Assembly (NCBI GenBank): GCA_963677485.1
Contig: OY781964.1
Coordinates: 1,536,001 to 1,600,000 of the forward strand
Length of the DNA: 64,000 nt
Direction of reading: 5' to 3'
DNA from: Armatimonadota bacterium
Lineage (GTDB): Bacteria; Armatimonadota; HRBIN16
The position numbers and the translations under genes are program-made. Numbering within the stretch: the stretch's first letter is position 1; the number at the start of each line of letters is the position of its first letter. Positions 50,532-59,768 of this stretch are shown here, in pieces. The notes below the pieces were generated by a model, which worked only from the letters and a program-made list of their open reading frames with translations, was not told the origin of the DNA and ran no database searches.

Positions 50532-51640
50532 GGCTGTCCCCCCAGCACGTTCTTTTCCCACAACTCAGACAGGCTATACCTCTCCATCCATTCGCTCAGC
50601 TTGACGGCATCGAGCTTTTTGAACACAGAACAACGATTGTCAGTGTCGCGTTCCACAACCAGGATCACCTCGGGAGAGAACTCATCTACCAGTCGGGTTG
50701 ACTGCGTGGCTACCAGTACCTGTGCCTTCTGTGATGCCGATTTAATCATGGCGGCAAGCTGAGCGATGGCCGCAGGATGGAGGCCGAGTTCTGGTTCGTC
50801 CAACACGATGAACTTAGGCATGAGGGCCGGAGGCTGCATCAGAAGAGTCGCGAGTGCCATGAACCGCAGCGATCCATCTGATATCTGATCTGGATCAAAC
50901 AAGTAGTCTTGCCCACTGGAATCCGTCCAGTTAAGCCTCACATATTTGTCATTTTCGGGGACAAGGCTCAGCACGAAGTCACCAAACTGCGGCATCATGC
51001 GCTGTATGTGTCTCACTATCCGCTCATAGTAAGCCCGGTAATCCGGATGGGTCTTCATCATGCGTAAAAAGGCCGCCAGGTTGCTCCCATCACTTCGTAG
51101 ATAAGCCGCATCATCTACGTAACCCCTGTCCTTGATTTTCGCTGTATCCGAGGTATCGTGGAACTGGTAGGTTCGTATCTCTGAAAGCAGCTTGAAGATC
51201 GCCTCACTGGTTGTCCTCTCATCAGTACCCAGGCTGATTTCTGCGCCTCCGCCATGGAGGTAGTATTCCTGATCCCGGTCTTTATCTTCCCTATGACACG
51301 CCACCTTTTCGCCACTGACAAACAGGCGGTCTGGGAGACCGTGTGAGAGTATGAACTCATAGGTATCAATAGAAGATTCATCATCGAAGGAAAGAGTCAC
51401 CGATATAGATTCTGTGATTTTTGGCCCATAATACAGAAGCCGACTGGCTCCCTGCTTGCCAACATATTGCTGTAATTTACCCGTCGTCATAGAGTTCAGC
51501 ATCTTAAAAAAGGCGATCAGATTACTTTTTCCCGAGCCGTTGGCACCCAGCATCACCGTCAAATCCCCAAGGGGTATGGTCTGCCCCTGCTGGCCATCCA
51601 CCGACTTAAAGCCTTTGATGAGGATCTGGCTAAGTTTCAA
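50528..51640 (-). CDS. AAA_21/ABC-type ATPase
   Basis: GANGSGKSN, YQFHDTS, SDGSLRF, LDEPELGLHP, VATQS. Confidence 0.88.
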   Translation of the reverse strand: MKLSQILIKGFKSVDGQQGQTIPLGDLTVMLGANGSGKSNLIAFFKMLNSMTTGKLQQYVGKQGASRLLYYGPKITESISVTLSFDDESSIDTYEFILSHGLPDRLFVSGEKVACHREDKDRDQEYYLHGGGAEISLGTDERTTSEAIFKLLSEIRTYQFHDTSDTAKIKDRGYVDDAAYLRSDGSNLAAFLRMMKTHPDYRAYYERIVRHIQRMMPQFGDFVLSLVPENDKYVRLNWTDSSGQDYLFDPDQISDGSLRFMALATLLMQPPALMPKFIVLDEPELGLHPAAIAQLAAMIKSASQKAQVLVATQSTRLVDEFSPEVILVVERDTDNRCSVFKKLDAVKLSEWMERYSLSELWEKNVLGGQP

Positions 51641-51719
51641 GTTCGTGTGCTCCTTCGAATCGTGGCGGGTATATCCATTATAACCAGTAAATAACGGCGT
51701 ATCCCCCGCGTTCGCTAAC

Positions 51720-52523
51720 TCACACCCCGTGGCTTCTGCGGTAGAACTCCCGTTGCAGCGCGGGGAGGGCTTCGTCGGATTTCACGGCCCGGATCAGCTC
51801 CACCATATCTGCGATGTTGTAGTCCGCATACCGGGCGCCACGCTCTGCGCTGGCGTGCCGTGCGTTGCCGAGGTAGCACTCTGGGCACCCGGAAAACCAG
51901 TTCAGACCGGTGAAGGCATGTCTCTCTATTCCAGCAGCGCGGTCCAGCATCGGGGAGACATCGTCAGTGACATTGTCGAGATTCACCGAATCCGCACCTT
52001 GCAGATGCATGGTCATGCTGGCTTCCCACTCGCAAGCGTGACCGGTTGGGCGGCCCTCGTTATCATCAGCCAGCATCTGATGGAGCTGCTCACTCTCCGA
52101 ATCCCACCAGTTTCGGTAATACACCACATAATCCTTTGGCTGGTGCATGTCGGTGAAGCCCATGAACCGCATAAAAGGATCGTTGCCGCCGTGTCCGTTG
52201 AGCACGATGATCTTGCGGAATCCGTTGCGTGCGATCTCTTCATACACGTTGCGCAAGAGCTGCACCAGCAGCTCAGGTTTCAGCGCGATGGTGCCCGCAC
52301 AGGCCATCGATTCGCAGACCTGCGCGAAATAGAACCCCGGGAAAACCACCGCGGGCTCCTGCTCCGCCGCCAGACAGGCCAGCTTATGCACGTTCAGGTA
52401 GTCGGTGCCCAGAGGCATATGGGCACCGTGGCGTTCCAGCGAACCAGCAGGTATGATGCACACTCCGCCGCTCTCGCGCACGGCACTATCGAAGTCCTTC
52501 CCGTTCAGCAGTTCCCATTGCAT
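51720..52523 (-). CDS. Creatininase/mycofactocin-peptidase family metallo-amidohydrolase
   Basis: GSLERHGAHMPLGTD, LNGHGGN, GHACEWE. Confidence 0.88.
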   Translation of the reverse strand: MQWELLNGKDFDSAVRESGGVCIIPAGSLERHGAHMPLGTDYLNVHKLACLAAEQEPAVVFPGFYFAQVCESMACAGTIALKPELLVQLLRNVYEEIARNGFRKIIVLNGHGGNDPFMRFMGFTDMHQPKDYVVYYRNWWDSESEQLHQMLADDNEGRPTGHACEWEASMTMHLQGADSVNLDNVTDDVSPMLDRAAGIERHAFTGLNWFSGCPECYLGNARHASAERGARYADYNIADMVELIRAVKSDEALPALQREFYRRSHGV

Positions 52524-52559
52524 CGCAAGACTCTCCTTATATATATGTATGCTCAGGTG

Positions 52560-54551
52560 TCACTTCGTCCGTCGGTAGGTGATGATGGCCACGCCGGGTT
52601 GGTCGGAGATGGTCACGACCAGCCCCTTCTCCATCAGCTCTTTGCCCGAAACCCGCGTGGTGCCCTCGGTATCGAAGTTGGTCAATTCATACTGCGCATC
52701 TCGATCCAGCCCGCACAACCGGAATCGCTTCGTGTTCTCCTCACTGGTGTCATGGCGGAACGCCTGGATCACACCATCGCCCTGCTCCGGACGGTCGAAC
52801 TGCCAGGCGATCCACCGCTCCGGTGCCAGGGTGTAGGACGTCAACGGGTAATAGTCACCCAGCATCAAAGGGGCCACGATGCGGCATTCGTCGTAGAGTG
52901 CCTTGGCCTTCTTCATGTCCTGGTTTCCGCCCAAACCGAAGGCGGGCATATAGTAGCTGCGCGCGGGGTATTTCTCCACAGAATACACCCCGGAACCATA
53001 ATACGGAATCCAGGAGGATATCCCATAGGTCTGCCCGTGCTGCGCTTCCCAGTCCTTTGCTGGCTGATAGTCGCTTCGCAGCAGGGGCACCGCCCGTCGC
53101 AGCGTCTCCATATCGTTGCGCCGACCGCCTGAGGCGCAGGAGTCGATCAGCATACCGGGGTGACGGCGACGCAGCTCATCCCAAAAGGCGAGATAACCCT
53201 GAACATGCAGGTTCTCTGTGATGCCCTGCCGGTCGGGAGCGTCATTCGCCCGCCAGAAACTCAGCGGGTCGATGTTGAAATCCTGGCGGTAGTAGTCGAT
53301 GCCGTTCTCCCTCATGAAGTTGTCTGTGTGTTCCAGAACCCACTTTTGTGCCTCTGGATGACCCATATTGAGCAGCGCACCGCCGAGAATCCAATCCGGG
53401 TGGTTCTTAGGAAGCCAGCTATTCGGATCGCCTATTCGTTCCGGTTCGAACCACACAATCAGCTTCTTACCGCGGGCATGGATCCAGTCGGCGAGAGGTT
53501 TGAAGCCCCTGGGATACCGCACGCGGTCGACCTCCCAGGTTCCGGTCAACGGCCAACTGGGATCAGCCCCGCAGGGATACCAGCCCGCGTCGTTCCAGTA
53601 GACGTCGATGTCGATACCGGCCTCAGCGAAGCTTCTAGCCTCACGCCACTGCTCCTGCTCGCTGCCTTTGCAGGCCGGTGACAACTGCATCTGCGCGATG
53701 GGTGCCGGCGGTTTGCCGTTGATTTTGGGGATATTATGCGTCATGAACCATCGCCGCCAGAGGTTTTGAGCCCGCACCAAATCGGCACCTTGCCAGAACA
53801 GCAGCGCCATCAGCGGGGTTCGTATCTGCTCACCCGGTTTGAGTGAGAGATGCGTCAACTCCTGCCCCGCCACGATCCTCAACCCGTTCTGATCATCGCG
53901 TATGAAGGAGCTAGCCCACTGACCGGGCCAGCCGATGGCCATCATGACACCGCCGTCACTCCATTGGATGTTGTAATATGGCCAACCGTTGGCTCCGTTG
54001 GTCGGCCGTCCGCCATCAGGCGCGAAGTTGTGGGTCGTGTTCGGTTTGAGCACCCGCCGAGTGGGCTCGTAACCCTCGCGCACGTAGTAGTCGCCCTTGT
54101 TGCCGTTCAGAATGAAGTCGCGGCTGTCCGTCTTTTGAAACAACGTGTCGAGTGACCGGATGTCGCGAAAAATCGGGGTGTTCTGCTTGCCTGTGTTTTT
54201 GAAGTAGACCGTCCACTCGATGGCGGGGAAGTCGGAATACTCGACCGAAATACAACGCACCTCAAGACCGTTCTTCGCGTCAGTCCAAGTCACGGTGAGT
54301 TGTGAGCGGCTGGCATCCAACCTCTTGCGTTTCTGAGTTCGGGGCCATTCTGCCAGCAGCTTTTCCGACGGTTGGTCGCCATAGACGAACGAAAACGGCA
54401 TCTGTGCCTGAGTATCCGACAAATGCTGCTTGCTCCACTGGTCACGCTGCTGCATTTCCGCCGGACGCACAACGCCCTCCCTGGCATGCAGCTTGCGGGC
54501 CAGGATCATCGATACGCCGATGGTCAGTAATACGCCTAACGTTACGCTCAT
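52560..54551 (-). CDS. Alpha-galactosidase-like, GH36
   Basis: DAGWY, GTW..D..RYP.G, VWFEPER, YYRQDFN, IDSCASGGRR. Confidence 0.85.
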   Translation of the reverse strand: MSVTLGVLLTIGVSMILARKLHAREGVVRPAEMQQRDQWSKQHLSDTQAQMPFSFVYGDQPSEKLLAEWPRTQKRKRLDASRSQLTVTWTDAKNGLEVRCISVEYSDFPAIEWTVYFKNTGKQNTPIFRDIRSLDTLFQKTDSRDFILNGNKGDYYVREGYEPTRRVLKPNTTHNFAPDGGRPTNGANGWPYYNIQWSDGGVMMAIGWPGQWASSFIRDDQNGLRIVAGQELTHLSLKPGEQIRTPLMALLFWQGADLVRAQNLWRRWFMTHNIPKINGKPPAPIAQMQLSPACKGSEQEQWREARSFAEAGIDIDVYWNDAGWYPCGADPSWPLTGTWEVDRVRYPRGFKPLADWIHARGKKLIVWFEPERIGDPNSWLPKNHPDWILGGALLNMGHPEAQKWVLEHTDNFMRENGIDYYRQDFNIDPLSFWRANDAPDRQGITENLHVQGYLAFWDELRRRHPGMLIDSCASGGRRNDMETLRRAVPLLRSDYQPAKDWEAQHGQTYGISSWIPYYGSGVYSVEKYPARSYYMPAFGLGGNQDMKKAKALYDECRIVAPLMLGDYYPLTSYTLAPERWIAWQFDRPEQGDGVIQAFRHDTSEENTKRFRLCGLDRDAQYELTNFDTEGTTRVSGKELMEKGLVVTISDQPGVAIITYRRTK

Positions 54552-54561
54552 ATTCGGTCTC

Positions 54562-54703
54562 CTTGTAAGTACTAGGGGCGTCCCTTGTGGGCGCCTTAAA
54601 CAAGAACTATCGAACGAAAAACGATTAGTGAGCCCACAAGGGGCGCCCCTACGACGATATCAGATACAGCAAGGGCTGCCGTGCAAGCACGAGCGGATGC
54701 TTG
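54562..54703 (-). repeat. ~150-bp REPIN-like element, copy 3 (inverted)
   Basis: CTTGTAAGT, inverted REP pair, then GGGCTGCCGTGCAAGCACG..GGATGCTTG. Confidence 0.85.
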
Positions 54704-54723
54704 GGTGCTTCTCATGCTAACCA

Positions 54724-57432
54724 TTACTCCCGCCCTACGACGACATCATCCACATAGAACGCGCCGGGCTTATTATCGGAGCCCATGACACCCAGCCAGT
54801 TGAAATTGGTGAAGCCCTCGCTGACAAACTTCAGCCCAGAGACCGACGCGCCATCCGGACCCAGCGTCACGGAGTAGCTATTCGCCCGGCCTTTACCTTC
54901 GGAGAACCGCACATTCACCGTCAGCCATTCGCCAGACGAACAATGGCCTATCGGCTTCATCACACCGCCATCGGAGGCCTGCACCGTGCCGTCTGGCATC
55001 AGCCTCAGGTAAGGGCCGGTGGCATATTTCGCGCCGATCATACCCGGCCAGTCACGCAGTTCCAGCTCCACAACCACGGGGTGGAGAGGGTCGTTGCGCA
55101 GTTTCGCTTGAAGATGGACCGCTCCCTTCATGGGTATCCGCTTGATGAACCAGTGCGGCTTCCAGACGTCCTGCGAGGGGCCGTCGACGAACTTCAAGCA
55201 ATAGGCTCCAGATGCAGGTGATTCTTCTGTCACGGAGCAACTCGTAGCTCCATCGGGAGGAACGGCCCCATCGGGTATGTCGCCAGAGTCATACTCCTCG
55301 AAGTCATATTGCAGAAGCCCCTGGGTGTTGGGGTCCGGTTTCGGCCCCTTCTCCACAGCTTGGTGGCTGATCTTAGTTGGCAGTTTGGTCCAGGCAGCGT
55401 CACCATACAGGCCGACTGTGCTCAAATCGATCGGCTGGATGCCCAGCTTCAGGGCAGGTGAATTAGGCTTCAGCCGGAAGTCATGCTTGCGGGCGTTCAT
55501 AAACCACGGGTCGGCCACGAGTGAGTGAGTATCGCGCCCGGTGGCCTGCCATCCCGCGAAGTTTAGGCCGTAGAAGTCGGGCGATGTTGTTTTTTCGCTG
55601 AAATAGCAGTTATAATCTGCCGAGAATTTGCCTTTGGCGGTCCAGTTATCACCATCAAACATCCGGCCGTTGGAGTTATACACGATGTTGTGCTCCAGCA
55701 CGGCGTGGCTGCTTTCGGTCTCCTCTGTGTTGTTGCGCACCAACTGACCGGCGCCAGCATATGCGAACACATTGTTCACAATCTCATCACCGTAGGGGTA
55801 TCCAAAACTGTGCAGGTGCAGACCGCCGTCACGGGTGTTGTAGACCACGTTGTTCTCCACGCGAATCTCGGAGCTCGCGGCGTCCAGGTAGATGCCCCAG
55901 CCGCCGTAGCCCTCTTCGCCGCGCTCAAACCGCGTGATGTCGTGGATGAGGTTGTGGTGAATCACTGTGCCGGCCGACACACCCAGGGTGTAGATGCCCC
56001 CGATGTCGTTCAACACCCCGTTGCCGATGTGGTGGATGTGGTTATACGCGATCTCATTGTGATGCGTATACGCTGGGTTTTTGGCGGTCCAGCTCCAGCC
56101 CATATGCACGCCCATCCAGCTCAGGTCGCATATCTCGTTATGGGTGATCCGGTTGTAGCTGGCACTTCCGCCCAGAAAGACTCCGCAACCAGCCCGGAAG
56201 ACTTTGCCGCCGTCGTGGATAAAGTTGTTGTCGATGGTATTATGCGCGGTGAGAAACCACTCCGCGGTGTTGGCTGGCCCCGCTTCCGACAGATAGATGC
56301 CGCCCCCGCCCGTATCGAATATGCGGCACCGGCTGACGGTGTTGCCGGAGCAGCCCTCCAGCAGCGAGACCGCGTGCTCACCCAGCCGCGTGAATTCACA
56401 CTCGTCGATGACGCAGTTGCGAGCACCGCGCCCCACGATGGCACCGCGCTGCGTTTCGGCTCCCTGCACACTGGGCCGGTAGCCAGGAGAGAGTTCCGCA
56501 TCGGTGTGCTGGAAGGAGAGATCACGGAACTGAAGGTTTTGCACATAGTTCCCAGACTCCGGCACGCCGCGCAATTCCAGAAGTGTCTGCTTCACCACCG
56601 GTGCTATGACCTCAGCCTTAGCCATGTTCTCACCCGGCACAGGATAATAATAGAGCAGTCCGGCCTTGTGGTCGAGATACCACTCGCCGGGAGCGTCCAG
56701 CGCACTGCGCAGATTTTCCACATAATACCGCACGTTTGGGCTCAAGAAGAATATCCCTGCCAGGCGCGTGAAGTCCAGACGGTGCCGAGTCCAGTCGGCT
56801 TTGCCCACACGGTTGTAGGAGTTCACCCAGTTGTGGAACAGGCAGATGAGCGCATCCTCATCTTGATCCCAAGGTTTCAGATCGCCCTCGGTAAAGGTCA
56901 GCCCGTCGCATTGCGGGTATGGACTGTTGCGGTCATCATATAGCAATCGGCGGGTGTAGAGATACTTCCCCTCGTTGGGGGTGCGCGCACGCACTCGCCG
57001 CTTGCCGTTCACAAAAAGCTGCGTAAAGGGTGCGGTTAGCGGCTTAGCCCAGGGCACATCTGCGACCCAGAGCTGCTTGCCCTGCCTGCGCCAGTTTTGG
57101 ACGAACCGCCCTCCGCTGATCACCGCCTTCGCTCCTGGCACAGATCGGTAGATGATTGGATGCTCCAGCGTGCCCGAATCCTGCGGTGTGAAGACCACCG
57201 GCTCCGTCAGACGATAGCCGCCTGCGTGCAGCCAGACCGTCACCGTCTCTGGTGTGGTGCTCCGAGCCCGCCAGGCACGTACGGCGTCGCGGGCACCAGC
57301 CATCGTGGCGACCGGGTGTGCCTTCGAACCGTCGGCGGAATCACTGCCATCGGAAGCCACATGAAACTCCACCGCACCGGCGGGAACTACCAGTGCGAAC
57401 AGCAGGCAAATGAACAGGCGAGAGTCCCTCAT
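54724..57432 (-). CDS. Secreted right-handed beta-helix protein (GH141-like) with C-terminal jelly-roll domain
   Basis: HVASDGSD..DGS, RARTPN, LDAPGEWY, DIGGIYTLG, GIYLD, DFRLKPNSPA. Confidence 0.75.
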   Translation of the reverse strand: MRDSRLFICLLFALVVPAGAVEFHVASDGSDSADGSKAHPVATMAGARDAVRAWRARSTTPETVTVWLHAGGYRLTEPVVFTPQDSGTLEHPIIYRSVPGAKAVISGGRFVQNWRRQGKQLWVADVPWAKPLTAPFTQLFVNGKRRVRARTPNEGKYLYTRRLLYDDRNSPYPQCDGLTFTEGDLKPWDQDEDALICLFHNWVNSYNRVGKADWTRHRLDFTRLAGIFFLSPNVRYYVENLRSALDAPGEWYLDHKAGLLYYYPVPGENMAKAEVIAPVVKQTLLELRGVPESGNYVQNLQFRDLSFQHTDAELSPGYRPSVQGAETQRGAIVGRGARNCVIDECEFTRLGEHAVSLLEGCSGNTVSRCRIFDTGGGGIYLSEAGPANTAEWFLTAHNTIDNNFIHDGGKVFRAGCGVFLGGSASYNRITHNEICDLSWMGVHMGWSWTAKNPAYTHHNEIAYNHIHHIGNGVLNDIGGIYTLGVSAGTVIHHNLIHDITRFERGEEGYGGWGIYLDAASSEIRVENNVVYNTRDGGLHLHSFGYPYGDEIVNNVFAYAGAGQLVRNNTEETESSHAVLEHNIVYNSNGRMFDGDNWTAKGKFSADYNCYFSEKTTSPDFYGLNFAGWQATGRDTHSLVADPWFMNARKHDFRLKPNSPALKLGIQPIDLSTVGLYGDAAWTKLPTKISHQAVEKGPKPDPNTQGLLQYDFEEYDSGDIPDGAVPPDGATSCSVTEESPASGAYCLKFVDGPSQDVWKPHWFIKRIPMKGAVHLQAKLRNDPLHPVVVELELRDWPGMIGAKYATGPYLRLMPDGTVQASDGGVMKPIGHCSSGEWLTVNVRFSEGKGRANSYSVTLGPDGASVSGLKFVSEGFTNFNWLGVMGSDNKPGAFYVDDVVVGRE

Positions 57433-57730
57433 CCGTATCTCCTTGAGCAGCTAACAGTGTAAGCTGCCGGATTTCGAAGCCAACACAGTGTCAGTTTCTT
57501 GGTCACTGGCTGGGTTTCCTTCCCAACGGTTCGGATAGAACCACTGTAATACCCGAAAAAGGCCTTACCATATTACTTTTCTGAGCCATCTTGCCATCAT
57601 ATGAACTATAAAATGGTAACCCCGTAGCATCTTGAGCTTCAAGCCAGACAGCGGTCGGTGATGGGCCATTCACTACGGTACCATGTAAATAGATGATTAA
57701 AATCATCTCAACACAACAGGAGACAACGAG

Positions 57731-57979
57731 ATGAAGACCCGAATCGCCTCAGTCCTCGCCATGGTGTTTGTCATGGGATTTGCCACCGCTGGTTTTTCGG
57801 CAGGGACCTGCCCAATGGCCGGCAAAGACGCTAAGCCCGCCTGCGCGAAGCAGATTGGCCAATGCGGCAAAAAAGATGGCAAGAAATGCACTTGCGCTAA
57901 ATGCAAAGACTGCAAAAAAGGCGCCAAGGCCGGATGTCCAGCACCTAAGGGCAGCAAAGGCACATGCCCCAAGAAGTAG
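57731..57979 (+). CDS. Small exported Cys/Lys-rich peptide (metallothionein-like composition)
   Basis: AGGAG RBS; Sec signal peptide; mature part of about 58 aa has 9 Cys and 16 Lys, including CTCAKCKDC; followed by a hairpin. Confidence 0.75.
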   Translation: MKTRIASVLAMVFVMGFATAGFSAGTCPMAGKDAKPACAKQIGQCGKKDGKKCTCAKCKDCKKGAKAGCPAPKGSKGTCPKK

Positions 57980-58008
57980 TGGCCGCTTTCCTGCTAGCGG
58001 AATCTCCA

Positions 58009-58044
58009 CCGCCCCAGTGGTCTCCACCGGGGCGGCTTGATTTT
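58009..58044 (+). terminator. Probable intrinsic terminator
   Basis: CCGCCCCAGTGG-TCT-CCACCGGGGCGG followed by CTTGATTTT. Confidence 0.55.
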
Positions 58045-58209
58045 AAGTTTAACAGCCATCAGATAATTCGGCCATTCAGGATGTAATGGGATGGCCATCT
58101 TTCCCTTGCGCCGGCCGGAGCGAAGCGACGCCGGCCGCTATTGATCAGCCGTGCGGTGCAGGAACCCGCACTGGACGCAGTTCCCGGAGCGTCAGCTCCC
58201 GGAACGTAG

Positions 58210-58472
58210 TCGTGTGGGTGACAAAACCCGCGGCAACGTGGGATGGCAGCCTGCGATCCAAACACCAGACCCCGAGTCGACGGGTTCCATCGCCCCAGGG
58301 GGCTCCATCACCCGTCGCTGATCAAATGGCTGCCCGCGTCGCTTCGCTCCTGCGGGCGCTGGCGTAGGGCATCCTGCGCCCGCTTGCGGGCTGCAAATGA
58401 CTAGACGCGCGGTGAGGGAACCCCGTTAAGGGACGCCAGTCCCTTGGGGTGACTAAACCCGCGGCAGCATGG
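58210..58472. repeat. Modular repeat, inverted homolog of 7300-7470
   Basis: GGGTGAC.AAACCCGCGGCA occurs twice; CGACGGGTTCCATCGCC; CTGCGCCCGCTTGCGGGCTG. Confidence 0.8.
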
Positions 58473-58598
58473 CTAATTACAAGCGATGCATGCCAACAGC
58501 ATCGGTTCGACTGGCTCGGATATCCACCAGACCGCCCCAGACCGACACCATTCAGGGCGCAAGCAATAGGATCAACACGATAGAGTGATGACGCTATT

Positions 58599-59603
58599 TT
58601 ACGTCTGACCCAGCCTGACAAGCTGACCGGATTGCGCACTGCGATACACCGCCTCTGCGATGGCGATGGTATGGCGGGCGTCCTCGCCCGTAATCGGCGG
58701 CGGGGTTCCGTTGATGATACTCTCCAGCCAATATCGAATCTCGTCCTCCACCGGATTGGATGCACCGAAGCCGATCTCCTTCAGATCAGCTTGTATCTCA
58801 TCCGCCGCATCGAGTGTGATACGCTCAGGATCAAACGGCGCATCGCTCCTGATCACCGCATTTTCATATCTCATGCTGAAACCGTAGCCGCCTTTGGTAA
58901 AGCCCGTGCCGCCCAGATAACTCGCCGCCAAGCCCGAGCCGAAATCCAGATGAACAGAGACCGCGTCCTCGATCTCGTGCTCTGGTGAGCGCGAACCCTT
59001 CAGGCTGGCATAAACGGCCTCAGGCTCCCCCAACAGGCAGCGCAAGAAATCCAGCTCATGTATCCCCACCTCATACAGATACCCACCGCTCTGCTGCACC
59101 GTCGTCCGCCACTCCGCGCTTCGGGTGTAGGCATCGTCGCCTACCCGCCACACGTCCGCGTTCAGCAGCTTGCCCAACCTGCCTTCGGATTGCCATCTCA
59201 ACAGCGTTTTGAATGGCTCGCAATACCGCAGCACATGGCCCACCATCAGCGTCGTGCCGGCGACCTTCACGGCCTCGTTCATCCGGTCGCAATCGGCGGT
59301 TGACAACGCCATCGGCTTCTCCACAAAAACCTGCTTGCCCGCCTTCGCCGCCTTGAGCACGCTTTCGCAATGCAGATAGTTGGGCACCGCGATGATGACC
59401 GCCTGGATATCGGGGCAGGCGAACAGTTCGTCCATGCTGGCCATCATTCGGCATTGGAACTCAAGCTCAAACGCCGTGGCACGCTCCGTGTCGATGTCTA
59501 CTGCCGCCACGATACGGGCCAGACCCGACGCCACGACACCGTGCGCCAACCCCACGCCCATGGGCCCCAGCCCGACGATCCCTACGTTCACACACTGATC
59601 CAT
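58599..59603 (-). CDS. Gfo/Idh/MocA family NAD(P)-dependent oxidoreductase
   Basis: GIVGLGPMG, VFVEKPMA, GGYLYEVGIHELD. Confidence 0.92.
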   Translation of the reverse strand: MDQCVNVGIVGLGPMGVGLAHGVVASGLARIVAAVDIDTERATAFELEFQCRMMASMDELFACPDIQAVIIAVPNYLHCESVLKAAKAGKQVFVEKPMALSTADCDRMNEAVKVAGTTLMVGHVLRYCEPFKTLLRWQSEGRLGKLLNADVWRVGDDAYTRSAEWRTTVQQSGGYLYEVGIHELDFLRCLLGEPEAVYASLKGSRSPEHEIEDAVSVHLDFGSGLAASYLGGTGFTKGGYGFSMRYENAVIRSDAPFDPERITLDAADEIQADLKEIGFGASNPVEDEIRYWLESIINGTPPPITGEDARHTIAIAEAVYRSAQSGQLVRLGQT

Positions 59604-59768
59604 GAATCACCTCTATAGATATTACGAATCTTGTTCATCCGCGATTGAATACTGCTATCTCGAATTCTGAGTCATCTGCGTCATCTGTGGATATATATGC
59701 CCGATCTATTTCGGCCCCTGCGACAGGCTGTGCTCCACATAACGGCACAACTGGTCGATCTCGCCCAG

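Noticed and set aside
58059-58765. Several short ORFs between convergent genes
   Set aside because: Derived from repeat modules; no RBS or coding signature.
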